Shown piece after piece: positions 29,003-39,149 of a DNA stretch of 64,000 bases; the stretch's first letter is position 1; the number at the start of each line of letters is the position of its first letter. The position numbers and the translations under genes were made by a program. Under the pieces are notes generated by a model. It did no database searches, was not told where the DNA came from, and saw nothing but the letters and a program-made list of their open reading frames with translations. Location of the stretch: positions 2,336,001-2,400,000 of the forward strand of contig OZ241326.1 of assembly GCA_965199855.1 (NCBI GenBank), given 5' to 3'. Origin of the DNA: a bacterium. GTDB taxonomy: Bacteria > UBA8248.

Positions 29003-30628
29003 ATGGCGACGTATGCCGACGTTGTGGCGGAGGCTCTGCGGGACGCGGGGACCGAATTCATCTTCGGGGTTCCCGGAAGCCTGAGCTCCGTGGAGATCAT
29101 CGAAGCCGCCAGGAAGCGCGGCGTGCGCTACGTCCTTTGCAGCAACGAGAGCAGCGCGGCCGTGAAGGCGGGAACCTACGGAATCATGACGGGGCGGCCG
29201 GGGGTCGTGAGCACGGGGGTCGGGCCGGGGGCGGCGGCCGTTCTCCACGGCGTGGCGCACAACTTCCTCGAGCGCGCCCCCTGCCTCGTTCTGACGGATC
29301 GCTTCCCGGACGCGCAGTTTCGCCGCCAGGGCCGGCAAAGGCTGGAGCAGGATCGCCTGCTGCGCCCCATCACGAAGGGCACCTTCAAACTGGCGAAAGA
29401 CAACGCGGCCGCGGTCATCCGCCGCGCCCTGGCGCTGGCGGCGGAGGGGAGGCCGGGGCCCGTGCACGTGGACCTTCCCTACGACGTCATGCTGGCCGAC
29501 GCGGAGGAAGGCGATTTTCCGCCGAAGGAGAAGCCCCGGAAATACGTCGGCCGCGCGGGCTCCGCCCATCCGGGAATCGCCGCGGCCGCCGCCGCCGTCT
29601 CTGAGGCGGACAGGCCCATCGTAATAGCGGGCCTTCAGGTGAACCGCTCGGGACGGGAGGCGGAGAAGCAGTTCGTCCGCTTCGCCGAAAGGCTCGGGGC
29701 GCCCGTGCTCGCCGCGCCGTCGGCCAAGGGCGTCCTGCCGGAAAACCACCCCCTCGCCATGGGAACCTTCCGCGGCGCGCCTTCCGAGCGGGAGCTGATA
29801 GACAGGTCGGATCTCCTGATTCTCGTGGGCTTCGACACGGTGGAGGTGTTCGCCCCGGGCTGCTGGAACTATCCCCAGCGGGTGATCAACCTGGACGAGA
29901 CGCCGCACCTGGAAGACCTCATCCGCCCCGAGGTGGAGGTCGTCGCCCATCTCGCCGACGTCCTCGAACAACTCGCCGCCTCCGTCTCCTCCGCGCACGC
30001 CTGGAACACCGAGGAGATGGACTCCTACAAGAAAATGCGGCAGGCCGCGCTGTTTCCCGCCGGCGAGGGACTGATGCCCGGCGCGCTCATCCGCGTCGCC
30101 CGGGAATGCCTGCCCGACAACGGCATCATGACGACGGACGCGGGAAGCCACAAAGTCCTGGCCAACGACATCTGGGAGACGCGGCGTCCCCTGGGCTATC
30201 TCACCTCGAGCGGCCTGGGTTCGATGGCGGTCGCCATGCCGGCCGCCATCGCCGCCAAGATGGCGGAGCCGGACGCGCCCGTTCTCTGCCTCACGGGAGA
30301 CGGCGGCTTCCTCATGCGGATAGGCGACATGGAGGTCGCCGTTCGGGAAAACGTCCCCTTCGTGGTCGTGGTGTTCAACGACGGCTGCCTGAACCTGATC
30401 AAAATCAAGCAGGACGCCCGCTCCTTCCCCCGTCTGGGCACAGGCTTCCGCGATTCCGACTACGCCTCCGTGGCGAGGGGACTGGGATGCGAGGGAGAGA
30501 GGGTTTTTTCGGAGGAAGAGCTGGAAGACGCCCTCAAGCGGGCGTTCGCGTCGGAGAAGCCCTGGGTCATCGACGCCGTCATCAATCCCGACGGCTATGT
30601 CGCCTCGAAAGACGTTCGCGCCGAATAG
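29003..30628 (+). CDS. Thiamine pyrophosphate-dependent enzyme (acetolactate synthase-like)
   Basis: IFGVPG, PGPVHVDLP, GLGSM, GDGGF...VFND. Confidence 0.9.
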   Translation: MATYADVVAEALRDAGTEFIFGVPGSLSSVEIIEAARKRGVRYVLCSNESSAAVKAGTYGIMTGRPGVVSTGVGPGAAAVLHGVAHNFLERAPCLVLTDRFPDAQFRRQGRQRLEQDRLLRPITKGTFKLAKDNAAAVIRRALALAAEGRPGPVHVDLPYDVMLADAEEGDFPPKEKPRKYVGRAGSAHPGIAAAAAAVSEADRPIVIAGLQVNRSGREAEKQFVRFAERLGAPVLAAPSAKGVLPENHPLAMGTFRGAPSERELIDRSDLLILVGFDTVEVFAPGCWNYPQRVINLDETPHLEDLIRPEVEVVAHLADVLEQLAASVSSAHAWNTEEMDSYKKMRQAALFPAGEGLMPGALIRVARECLPDNGIMTTDAGSHKVLANDIWETRRPLGYLTSSGLGSMAVAMPAAIAAKMAEPDAPVLCLTGDGGFLMRIGDMEVAVRENVPFVVVVFNDGCLNLIKIKQDARSFPRLGTGFRDSDYASVARGLGCEGERVFSEEELEDALKRAFASEKPWVIDAVINPDGYVASKDVRAE

Positions 30629-30798
30629 CAAAAATAATATAACTTGACAAGATTTCCCCCAACGACGCACCCTGCGTCATATATCTCTTTTCAGGCGGAG
30701 GAATTCGCGTTTCCCCGCGAGTTGAACGTCCGGACAGGGAACGTCCGGGCGGCAATGTCCTCGACCCCTCGCAGGGGTCCCGCTCGGGAGGATGACAG

Positions 30799-31008
30799 GT
30801 GCCAGAGGGAACGGTGAAGTGGTTCAGCGACAAAAAGGGGTATGGCTTCATCTCTCGGGAGGATGGCGACGATATCTTCGTTCATTTCTCGGCCATCTCG
30901 TCGGAAGGCTTCAAATCCTTGAAAGAGGGGGAAAAGGTTACGTTCGAGGTGACGCAAGGCCCCAAGGGGCTTCAGGCGGCGAACGTAACGAAGCAGGAAG
31001 AATTCTGA
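30799..31008 (+). CDS. Cold-shock protein
   Basis: GTVKWF..KKGYGFI, DIFVHFS. Confidence 0.95.
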   Translation: MPEGTVKWFSDKKGYGFISREDGDDIFVHFSAISSEGFKSLKEGEKVTFEVTQGPKGLQAANVTKQEEF

Positions 31009-31216
31009 TTCCCCTTTCCCGTCATTGCGCTTTATCGGGAAAGGCGACGCATCCGCTCGAAGACGCACCCGCGCCGACTCCGCGGTCTCGTCTCCGCCTT
31101 GCGGCCCGGCGGAACGTTTGGAATCCGATCTCCGGCCGCGGCCCTGCGCGGGTCTCCCGCGTCCATTCAACGACCTCGCTCCGCGCTCCTCCTTCCCCCG
31201 CGGGGAAACCGGCGGC

Positions 31217-33373
31217 TCAAGGCTCCAGAAAACAGGCCATCGCCTCCTGCAGTTTTTCTCTCAGCGTCAGGGAGGGACGATAATCCACGTGCCGGAAATC
31301 GTCTTCGTCCATTTTCCGCAGGAGCGTCCCGTAGGTTCGCCCCATGATTCTGGCGGGAAGGAGGTTTTCCTTCCGTTCGCCGCGCAGCGCCGCGGCGGCG
31401 CGATCGTAATATGATCGCGCCCGGCGCGCCTGGAACCTGAGAAGGCCCACAACCCGCCCGGTATGCCTCTTGTCCTTCAGATCCGAGGCCGCTACGCCGT
31501 ATTCCTCCATCTCCTTTCGGGGAAGATAGACGCGCCCCCGCCCGGCGTCCTCCCAGACGTCCCGCAGGATATTCGTCATCTGGAGCGCCCTCCCCAGAGA
31601 TACGGCGTAATCCTTCGCGGACTCGGACGCCACCCCGAAGACGCCCAGACAGGCCAGCCCCACCGCCGAGGCCACCTTGTCGCAATAGGCTTCCAGTTCC
31701 CGGAAATCCTCGAATCTCCGCTCCTCGAGGTCCATCGCCACTCCGTCGCAAATCGCCTCGAAATGCTCCTGCGGCAAGTCGTATTTCCGCGCCGCCCGGG
31801 CGAGCTCCGCGATGATCGGGTGGGCCGGACTCTCATCTCCCAAACGCGCCGCGGCATCCCTCCATTCGCGCAGCAGGATTCTTTTTCCGGAAACCTCGCC
31901 CGGCTCGTCGGCGATGTCGTCGGCCATGCGGCAATAGGCGTAGATCGCGATGATGGCGCGCCTTTTCTCCGCCGGCAGGGTGAAAAAGGAGAGGTAGAAA
32001 TTCGAGCGGCTCTGGCGAACGAGCCAGAGGCAATATCTGCGGTTCAGCTCCTCTTCCGCGCGAGCGTCCACGAGAGATTCGAGCCGATGAATCGGGCGAA
32101 ACGCGGCGAGAAACGACTTGGCCTTGTCCCGCCTGTTCAGCTTCGGCGAACCGGCGCAGACGTTCCACTCCTCGCGGGAAATCGCATCGAGCGCCGCCGC
32201 GCCGCCCCGCCAGATCGCCCGAAACTCGCGGCCCGACCTGCCGCGAATCCTGCGAAAAAGGGGCAGGCCCTCCCGGAAGTGGCGCTTCGTTCTGTTGATG
32301 TGATGCACGAGAAGGGCGCGCAGCTGGGGCGTCGCCGCATCCTTCAGCAAATCATCGTCGGACACGCCGAACTTCCTCATGTCGTCCTGGGGCATATAGA
32401 TGAGGTTCCGCTCGGCGTTTTCCCTGATATCCTGCAAATGGTTCGCAATCTGCAGGCCCGTGCATATCGCGTCCGACGCGCGAAAGGCGGCCGCGCCGCG
32501 CGCGCCGTGCAACATGAGATAAATCCGCCCGACGGGGTGCGCGGAGCGGCGGCAATAGTCGATCAGCGCCTCGTAGTCCGGATACCTGGATACCGTGACG
32601 TCCTGCCGAAAGGCGGAGAGCAGATCCTGAAAAGGCCGCAGGGGAAGATCGAACAGGCGAATCGTATGGGAAAGCGCCGCGAAAACGTCCCTCTTCGCCC
32701 CTCCTCCCTTGGCCTCGACGAGCTCTTCCTCCCATTCGTCGAGACGGGCGAGCCGCTCGGCCGGAGGCGCGGCCGCATCTGATATGTCGTCCGTGCTTCT
32801 GCAAAACGCATAGACCGCGAGGATGTGCGGCCTCAGCTTCGGCGGCAGCAGCCGTGAAGCGACAGGGAAATTCTCGGGGTGGGCGTCCACGATTCTCCGA
32901 CATGCGTCATAGGCGGCGCCTGCGTCTTCCCGATCGCTTTTTCCGTTTTTTCCCGAACCGGGTATCTCCTCGCCTCGTCTCAGAGACTCTATCAGGGGCG
33001 CGTCGGCCGGCAGAAAATCGAAATCCCCCAGCGCGAAAGGATGCGCCCATTCATGTCCGCTCACCCCCAGATTCCTCGCCGTCCCGCTCTTCCACTCGCA
33101 GTCATAGAAGCGGAGGTGGACGGCGCGGTCGGGGTAACGATGATGCGTCTTCCAGCGAAGACGCCCGACGCGGGCCTCGATGCCGAGCTCCTCGCAAATC
33201 TCCCGCCGCAGCGCCTCCCGGGGGTTCTCGCCGGGTTCCACCTTTCCGCCGGGAAACTCCCAGAGGCCGGGCATCTGTCCGCCCTGCGGGCGGCGGCAGA
33301 CGAGAACGCGCTCCTCGCGCCAGACGATTCCGGCGACGACGCTAAGCTCCAAAGCGGCGGCTTCTTCTTTCAT
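31217..33373 (-). CDS. NUDIX (MutT-like) - HpnC - HpnD fusion (squalene synthesis)
   Basis: WEFPGGKVEPGE...LRREICEELG; HPENFPVAS..AFCRSTDDISD; SNFYLSF..YCRMADDIAD..LQMTNILRD; single open frame. Confidence 0.85.
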   Translation of the reverse strand: MKEEAAALELSVVAGIVWREERVLVCRRPQGGQMPGLWEFPGGKVEPGENPREALRREICEELGIEARVGRLRWKTHHRYPDRAVHLRFYDCEWKSGTARNLGVSGHEWAHPFALGDFDFLPADAPLIESLRRGEEIPGSGKNGKSDREDAGAAYDACRRIVDAHPENFPVASRLLPPKLRPHILAVYAFCRSTDDISDAAAPPAERLARLDEWEEELVEAKGGGAKRDVFAALSHTIRLFDLPLRPFQDLLSAFRQDVTVSRYPDYEALIDYCRRSAHPVGRIYLMLHGARGAAAFRASDAICTGLQIANHLQDIRENAERNLIYMPQDDMRKFGVSDDDLLKDAATPQLRALLVHHINRTKRHFREGLPLFRRIRGRSGREFRAIWRGGAAALDAISREEWNVCAGSPKLNRRDKAKSFLAAFRPIHRLESLVDARAEEELNRRYCLWLVRQSRSNFYLSFFTLPAEKRRAIIAIYAYCRMADDIADEPGEVSGKRILLREWRDAAARLGDESPAHPIIAELARAARKYDLPQEHFEAICDGVAMDLEERRFEDFRELEAYCDKVASAVGLACLGVFGVASESAKDYAVSLGRALQMTNILRDVWEDAGRGRVYLPRKEMEEYGVAASDLKDKRHTGRVVGLLRFQARRARSYYDRAAAALRGERKENLLPARIMGRTYGTLLRKMDEDDFRHVDYRPSLTLREKLQEAMACFLEP

Positions 33374-34186
33374 TCAGGCGCCTCCCGCCTCCTTCCGCGC
33401 GGCCCCCTCCTCCGCGCGCTTCGACAATCGCGCCAGCGTGCTGGAGAACACGACCGGCTCCGCCCGGGGCAGGGCTTCGGCCAGCGCCTTTTCATTCTCG
33501 AAGCGGGCGCCGGGGATGATCCATCCGGGCGTTTGCAGCTCCACCGAGCCCATGGAAAACGGCCATGGGGAGATTTCCAGATCGTTCGCGCCCGAGGTTC
33601 TCACCTTCAGGCCGCCCTGCGTCAGCGGGTGGACGGCGTCGTCGGGCGGGGTGATCTCGGGCGCGCGGCACGCCAGCAGGGAGAGCGTGTCGCAGGCCCT
33701 GAGCAGCGCCGCGCCGCTCTCAATCGAGTCCCTGGACTCCGGCTCGATGCGGGCGTCGAGCGTCTCGCGCCGCTTCGCCTCGGCGTGAATGAAGCCGCTC
33801 AGCAGCCTGGAGACCTCCTGGGGCGCGCCCCGCCTGCCTCCGGCGGCGAGCGAGGCGAAATGGACGCTGACCAGATAGCCGGAAAACGGATGGAAGGACG
33901 CGCATGAATCAATGCCCTCCGCCCATATTTTCACGGCCTCATCCGCCGTGACCCCGAAAAAGCTGCATGGCAGACTCGTCACGTCGTCCCATTTCGGCGT
34001 AGCGTCCGAGCGGCACCATCCCACGTCGTGGTTGTCCACGGCGAAGAGAACTTTCTCCCTGGCCCCGGCGGGCGGGGCGGGGAGCGACTCGATGCCCGTC
34101 CACTTTCGCGCGATCGTCCCCGCCGCCCTGGCGTGATCATGCTGGGAAATGAGGCAAACGTCATTCTCTCTCGGACGAACTATCAT
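33374..34186 (-). CDS. DUF3891 family protein
   Basis: ISQHDHA, HDVGW, CDTLSL, PWPF. Confidence 0.78.
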   Translation of the reverse strand: MIVRPRENDVCLISQHDHARAAGTIARKWTGIESLPAPPAGAREKVLFAVDNHDVGWCRSDATPKWDDVTSLPCSFFGVTADEAVKIWAEGIDSCASFHPFSGYLVSVHFASLAAGGRRGAPQEVSRLLSGFIHAEAKRRETLDARIEPESRDSIESGAALLRACDTLSLLACRAPEITPPDDAVHPLTQGGLKVRTSGANDLEISPWPFSMGSVELQTPGWIIPGARFENEKALAEALPRAEPVVFSSTLARLSKRAEEGAARKEAGGA

Positions 34187-34423
34187 GCGGCGCACCTGCA
34201 AACGCGGCGGCTAGGACGCGGACGGCCTGCCGGCTTCCCCGTCGCGGGGAACTCCGTCGCATTGTAGGCGCCCGGGGAAAATCCGGCAACCGCCATGGCG
34301 TCCGAGAAGGGAACGGCGCGCGAGCCGGGCGTCCACTTGAAGGGACGCATGAAAAATACGTAACCTTGCCGGAAGGCAACGCGCGAGCCCGAACTCCCGA
34401 GAAGAGGAAGCCGCAAGCCGACT

Positions 34424-35860
34424 ATGAGCGAGAAGAACTCCCCGCAAGACCCCGGTTCGGTCGGCCTGACGAGGACGCGGACGATAACGCTGCCCGATCC
34501 GTTCAGGACGGATTCGGGCGAAACGCTGCCCGAAGTCCGCGTCGCCTACGAGACATACGGCGAGCTCTCCCCCGGCGGTGACAACGCCGTCCTCGTCATC
34601 CACGCCTTGACGGGCGACGCGCACGCGGCGGGCTTCCACAGCGAGGCTGATCCGCGCCCCGGCTGGTGGGATCCGATGATCGGCCCCGGCAAGGCCATCG
34701 ACACCGAAAAATACTTCGTCGTCTCCTCCAACAACCTGGGGGGATGCGCGGGCACGACGGGGCCCGGCTCCATAAATCCCGCCACGGGGAAGCCCTACAA
34801 CATGCGCTTCCCCGTCATCACGGTGGAGGACACGGTTCGAGCGCACAGGCTGCTCCTCGAGCGCCTGGGGGTAAAGCGCCTCAGGACGGTCATCGGCGGC
34901 TCCCTCGCCGGGATGCAGACCCTGGAGTGGGGTCTGCGCTACGGGGACTTCTGCGACTCCGTCATCCCGGTCGCGGCCGCCGCCCGCCTGGATCCCATGG
35001 GAATCGCGTGGGGCAAAATCGCCCGCAGGGCCATTACGGCGGACGCCGCCTGGAAAAGCGGCGACTACGCCCCCGGCCAGGGGCCGCGCAAGGGCCTGAG
35101 CGCGGCGCGGATGCTGGCCCACGTCACCTACCTGAGCCGGGGAATCATGTGGGAGAAATTCGGGCGCGAGACGCGGGACAAGGACGCGATGCTGGCGGAC
35201 ATCGCCTCCCGCTTCGAGGTGGAGAGCTATCTCGACCACCAGGGCGAGAAATTCGTCGATCGATTCGACGCCAACTCGTATCTGTATATCTCCCGCATGA
35301 TGGACCTCTACGACGCCTCGCTGGGCTTCGAGAGCCTGGAAGCCTCCCTCTCCCGCCTGAGCGCCAAGTGCATGCTCGTGTGCTTCATCTCCGACTGGCT
35401 CTTCCCGCCGGAGAGAAGCATTGAGATGGCCGAGGCGCTGCGAAAGCTCGGGCGTGAGGTGGAGCTGCACACCGTGGAATCCACCTACGGTCACGACGCC
35501 TTTCTGGTGCAATACGACAAGCTCACCGAGATCGTCGGCGGCTTTCTGGAAAGGCTCGAAAGGGGCGGGGCGATCGGCATCGACGCGACCCCCGTCCCCC
35601 CGGGGTGCCGCCGCCTCGTTCTCTCTTTTCCCGGCGACTTGGCGGACAAACCCGTTTTGTGGGAACTCGGCGAGAGATACTCGTTTTCCGTCAACGTGGC
35701 GAGAAGCGAGCTCGACGCCCGCTCGGGCTGGCAGGTATGCGAATTCCAAGGAGACGCGGAGGAAATCGCGCGCGCGGCGGCGGAACTCAGAAGCATGGGC
35801 GTCTGGGTCGATGCGGGAGGGCACGACGCCATCGACCACGATCGCGCCGAAGTGGTATAA
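34424..35860 (+). CDS. metX: Homoserine O-acetyltransferase with C-terminal NIL-like domain
   Basis: HALTGD, GGSLAGM, RFDAN, GHDAFL; tail RLVLSFP..KPVLWEL..VNV..G. Confidence 0.88.
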   Translation: MSEKNSPQDPGSVGLTRTRTITLPDPFRTDSGETLPEVRVAYETYGELSPGGDNAVLVIHALTGDAHAAGFHSEADPRPGWWDPMIGPGKAIDTEKYFVVSSNNLGGCAGTTGPGSINPATGKPYNMRFPVITVEDTVRAHRLLLERLGVKRLRTVIGGSLAGMQTLEWGLRYGDFCDSVIPVAAAARLDPMGIAWGKIARRAITADAAWKSGDYAPGQGPRKGLSAARMLAHVTYLSRGIMWEKFGRETRDKDAMLADIASRFEVESYLDHQGEKFVDRFDANSYLYISRMMDLYDASLGFESLEASLSRLSAKCMLVCFISDWLFPPERSIEMAEALRKLGREVELHTVESTYGHDAFLVQYDKLTEIVGGFLERLERGGAIGIDATPVPPGCRRLVLSFPGDLADKPVLWELGERYSFSVNVARSELDARSGWQVCEFQGDAEEIARAAAELRSMGVWVDAGGHDAIDHDRAEVV

Positions 35861-35935
35861 ATCAGGGAGCGCGGCCCGGAACATAAAGATCGCTTTCTTT
35901 TCTCAAACCCGCAAACACAAGACGGAGACGATCCG

Positions 35936-36568
35936 ATGAGCGCACTGAAAGAACCCATCGTCGTGGTGAAATACTCGGATTACACGTGACCGTTCTGCTA
36001 CGTCGCCACCGTGGGTGGCACGCCCGTGATCGAGGAAGACTCCGACGTGGTCGTCGAATGGGTCAGCTGGGAGGGCAGACCCCCCGGGCAGGATTTCGCC
36101 GGCTACACGCCCGAGCAGAAAAAAGAGAACTACGAGAACCACCACAAGCCTCTCGCCGAGAAATACGGCGTGCCGCTCCGCCCGGCGGGGGCGGACTACC
36201 GCACGACGGGCCTCCACATGGCCACCTACTACGCCCGGGACAAGGGAAAATTCAGGGAATTCCGGGATCGCTGCTACAAGGCGCGCTGGGTGGACGACCT
36301 CGACCTCGAGGACGCGGAGACCATCGCCGCGCTCGGCGAGGAGGTCGGCCTGGCCGGGCAGGAAATCAAGGCCGTCATCGCCGAGGGGCGCTACATCGGC
36401 GCCCTGCGCAGCCAGCGCGCCCAGGGCAAGGGTCTGGGCATTTTCGGAATCCCCACCTTCGTGGTGGAGGGCAAGCTCTTCTGGGGCAAGGACGTCATCG
36501 ACGACGTGCGCGCCGAGGTCGCCCGCGTCCGGCGGGAGCGGCTCGAAAAGCAAGAGGAAGAGGGCTAG
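35936..36568 (+). CDS. DsbA/FrnE-like probable selenoprotein (D-Y-T-U-P-F-C)
   Basis: MSALKEPIVVVKYSDYT-TGA(35987-35989)-PFCY matches DxxCPxC; GIPTFVV..FWG.D C-terminus. Confidence 0.87.
36001..36022 (+). promoter_or_regulatory. SECIS-like hairpin
   Basis: CGT(C)GCCACC-GTG-GGTGGCACG, loop 21 nt after TGA. Confidence 0.68.
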
Positions 36569-36704
36569 CCGCTCCCTCCTTGCGCTCAGGGGCCGTCCCC
36601 GCGCGAAGCAGGCGCCGCCTCGGCGGGCTGCGCCCGCCTCACCCTTTCAGCACTGGTTCCGCAGGCCGGAGCTCCCGGCCCCGACATTTCGAGGAGAGAA
36701 CCCG

Positions 36705-38297
36705 ATGGCGCAATTCGACGGCATCATCATCGGCGCGGGCCACAACGGCCTGGTGTGCGCGGCCTATCTCGCGCGGGCGGGGCTGAAGGTCGCCGTCCTC
36801 GAAAACGAACCCGAAATCGGCGGCGGATCAAGCACGAAGGAATTTCTCCTGCCAGGCTACCGCTCGAACATGCACGCGAATTTCTTCATCGGCCTCGACG
36901 ATTTTCCCATCGTCAAGGATTTGGAGCTGAACAAACACGGCTTCAGGTGGCTTACGCCGGACGCCCAGCACGCCGCGCTCTATCGGGACGGCACGGCGAT
37001 TCTCCTCCATCGGGATCCGGAGAAAAGCGCCGCTTCCATCTCGAAATTCTCCCGAAAGGACGCTGAATCCTACGTCTATCTTCACAGGCGATTCGCCGTG
37101 GAGCTCGCCCCCCTCATGCGCAGCTTCCTGTTTCATCCGCCGCTGCCTCCGGGAGAAATCGCCGAGCGGATGGAGAGCGAAGCGGGTCGGGAGGTTCTGG
37201 GCTTCGCGAAGACGTCCATCTTCGAGGCTATCGAATCCCACTTCGAGCATCCCAAGATGCGCGCGCTTTTCTTCCTCTTCTCCCACGCCATCACGGTGGA
37301 GGACGCGCCGGGCACGGGCATTTTTCTCCCGAGTCTGTTCTCCACCCACACGACGCTCGGCCTTCCGGTGGGAGGCGCCCTCCAGTTGCCGCTGGCGCTC
37401 GAGCGCATCATCCTCCAGAATGGCGGCGTCGTCCTCAGAAACAGCCGCGTCCGCGAAGTGACGCGCGAAGCCGGCCGCGCGGCGGGCGTCGCGCTCGAAA
37501 ACGGAGAGAGGATGACGGCGGGGCGGTTCGTCGCCTCCAGCCTCAACGCGCCGGCGTCCATCCGGATGGCGGGAGAGGACGCCTTCCCCGACGAGGTGAA
37601 CGAGAAGGCGCGAAACTGGGACTGGGGCTTCCACTCCCTCAGCACGCTGCATCTCGCCCTGGCCGAGCCTCCGAAATACGCGGCGGAGGACTTCGACCCG
37701 GACGTGGTCCGCGCCTACAACGTCATCTTCGGCGCGGATTCGGGCGAGGAGATGGCCGAAAACGCGCAGGAGCGCAAGAGCGGCGCCCTGCCCTCGCGCC
37801 CTATGGGCAACGGCGCGTGCAACAGCCGGCACGACCCTTCCTACGCGCCCGCCGACGGGCACGTCGCCTTCTGGTGGCCGGGCGCGCCCTACGACCTCAG
37901 GGACGGCGGCCCCGAAAAATGGGATGAGATAAAGGAGGAATACGCCGAGCGTCTGGTGGGCGCGTGGCGAGGCTACGCCCCGAACCTCACGCCCGGGAAC
38001 ATTCGCGCGGCGAAGCTCTACACCCCGCTCGACGTGGAGCGCGGGAACGGGAACATGGTGCGCGGCGGCGTGCGCATGGGCGCCTATATTCCCGAGCAGC
38101 TGGGCGTCAACAGGCCCCATCCCCTGCTCTCCGGCATGAGGACGCCGCTGGAAGGGTTTTATCTGTGCAGTTCGAGCTGCCAGGGGGGCGGCCTGAACGG
38201 AGCGCCCGGCTACAACGCGGCGGGCGTCATCGCGGACGACCAGGGCGTGGAGAAGTGGTGGGAGCCGCTGCCCGCGCCCGCGTCGCCCGCGCTCTAG
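36705..38297 (+). CDS. Phytoene dehydrogenase-like FAD oxidoreductase
   Basis: IGAGHNGL, TPLDVE, YLCSS..GGG..GAPGYNAA. Confidence 0.88.
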   Translation: MAQFDGIIIGAGHNGLVCAAYLARAGLKVAVLENEPEIGGGSSTKEFLLPGYRSNMHANFFIGLDDFPIVKDLELNKHGFRWLTPDAQHAALYRDGTAILLHRDPEKSAASISKFSRKDAESYVYLHRRFAVELAPLMRSFLFHPPLPPGEIAERMESEAGREVLGFAKTSIFEAIESHFEHPKMRALFFLFSHAITVEDAPGTGIFLPSLFSTHTTLGLPVGGALQLPLALERIILQNGGVVLRNSRVREVTREAGRAAGVALENGERMTAGRFVASSLNAPASIRMAGEDAFPDEVNEKARNWDWGFHSLSTLHLALAEPPKYAAEDFDPDVVRAYNVIFGADSGEEMAENAQERKSGALPSRPMGNGACNSRHDPSYAPADGHVAFWWPGAPYDLRDGGPEKWDEIKEEYAERLVGAWRGYAPNLTPGNIRAAKLYTPLDVERGNGNMVRGGVRMGAYIPEQLGVNRPHPLLSGMRTPLEGFYLCSSSCQGGGLNGAPGYNAAGVIADDQGVEKWWEPLPAPASPAL

Positions 38298-38695
38298 CTC
38301 CCGGATTCGGGGATCATCGCCACCGCCTCGATCTCCACGATGTCGTCCTGGTTCAGCGCGCTCACCTCCACGATGGTGCGCGCGGGGAGGTTCGGCCCGA
38401 AGTATTCCTCATACAGCCGGTTGACGACCGGACGATGGGCGTTCATGTCCCGCACATAGACGACGGTGGAAACGAAGGTCGCCAGGGACGCCCCCGCCGC
38501 CTCCGCGATGGCTTTCAGATTCTCGAGCGCCCTTCTCGCGCGAGCCTCGATGCTCCTCTCGACGAGCTCCCCCGTTTCGGGGTCGATGCCGCGCTGGCCG
38601 GCGATGAACAGCAGATTCCCCGCCCGGCGCGCCTGAACGAACGGCCCAGTGGGCGAAGGCGCGCGGCCCGTCTGAATGGTTCGAGGCGACTCCAA
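38294..38695 (-). CDS. RidA family protein
   Basis: APSPTGPFVQA, LFIAGQ, PART, VEIEAVA. Confidence 0.9.
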   Translation of the reverse strand: MESPRTIQTGRAPSPTGPFVQARRAGNLLFIAGQRGIDPETGELVERSIEARARRALENLKAIAEAAGASLATFVSTVVYVRDMNAHRPVVNRLYEEYFGPNLPARTIVEVSALNQDDIVEIEAVAMIPESGS

Positions 38696-38759
38696 GACGC
38701 CCCCCGATTGAAGGAGGAAGAACAGACGCGCGAGCGGCCTGTTTCGGCTTCGCGCCGCG

Positions 38760-38984
38760 CTATTTCTTCTTGCCTTTGGGCAGCTCCGCCGGAAACGCGA
38801 TTTTGAGCCATTGCCGCGTCAGGATGGTCGCGGCGTTCTCGTCTTTTCCGGGAATGAACGCTATCGGCTCCTTCGGCTGCGCGCCTTCCCGATCCAGCAT
38901 GAAGACGTCGACGCCGAACCCATAAAGATCGTGCTCGCGGGTCTGAAGATTGTATTTCACCCCGTTGTTCGTCAGTTCGCTCAT
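38760..38984 (-). CDS. Small hypothetical protein
   Basis: GAGGGG RBS and GC-biased third positions. Confidence 0.55.
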   Translation of the reverse strand: MSELTNNGVKYNLQTREHDLYGFGVDVFMLDREGAQPKEPIAFIPGKDENAATILTRQWLKIAFPAELPKGKKK

Positions 38985-39149
38985 CTCGAATCATCCCCTC
39001 AAAACCGCTTGCGAAAACCGGACGATGGCGATTCCAGCGCTTCCCAGCATAGCGGACGGCGCGAATCGCCGCAAATTCGGGCGGGCGCGCGCCTCGAATC
39101 CGGCCGTTCTTGACCCTCTCCCGGCTCTGTGATACACGCAACGGCCCAT

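Noticed and set aside
34261-34420. Possible SAM-I riboswitch upstream of metX (GCCCGGGGAAAATCCGGCAACC)
   Set aside because: Only the GCAACC-like piece matches; the ATC..AGAG/GAGGGA 5' part and the GGTGC..AGAT 3' part are not visible.
36705-38297. Calling this oxidoreductase HpnE for the HpnCD fusion
   Set aside because: Its motifs fit the generic phytoene-dehydrogenase-like family, and it is on the opposite strand in a different unit.
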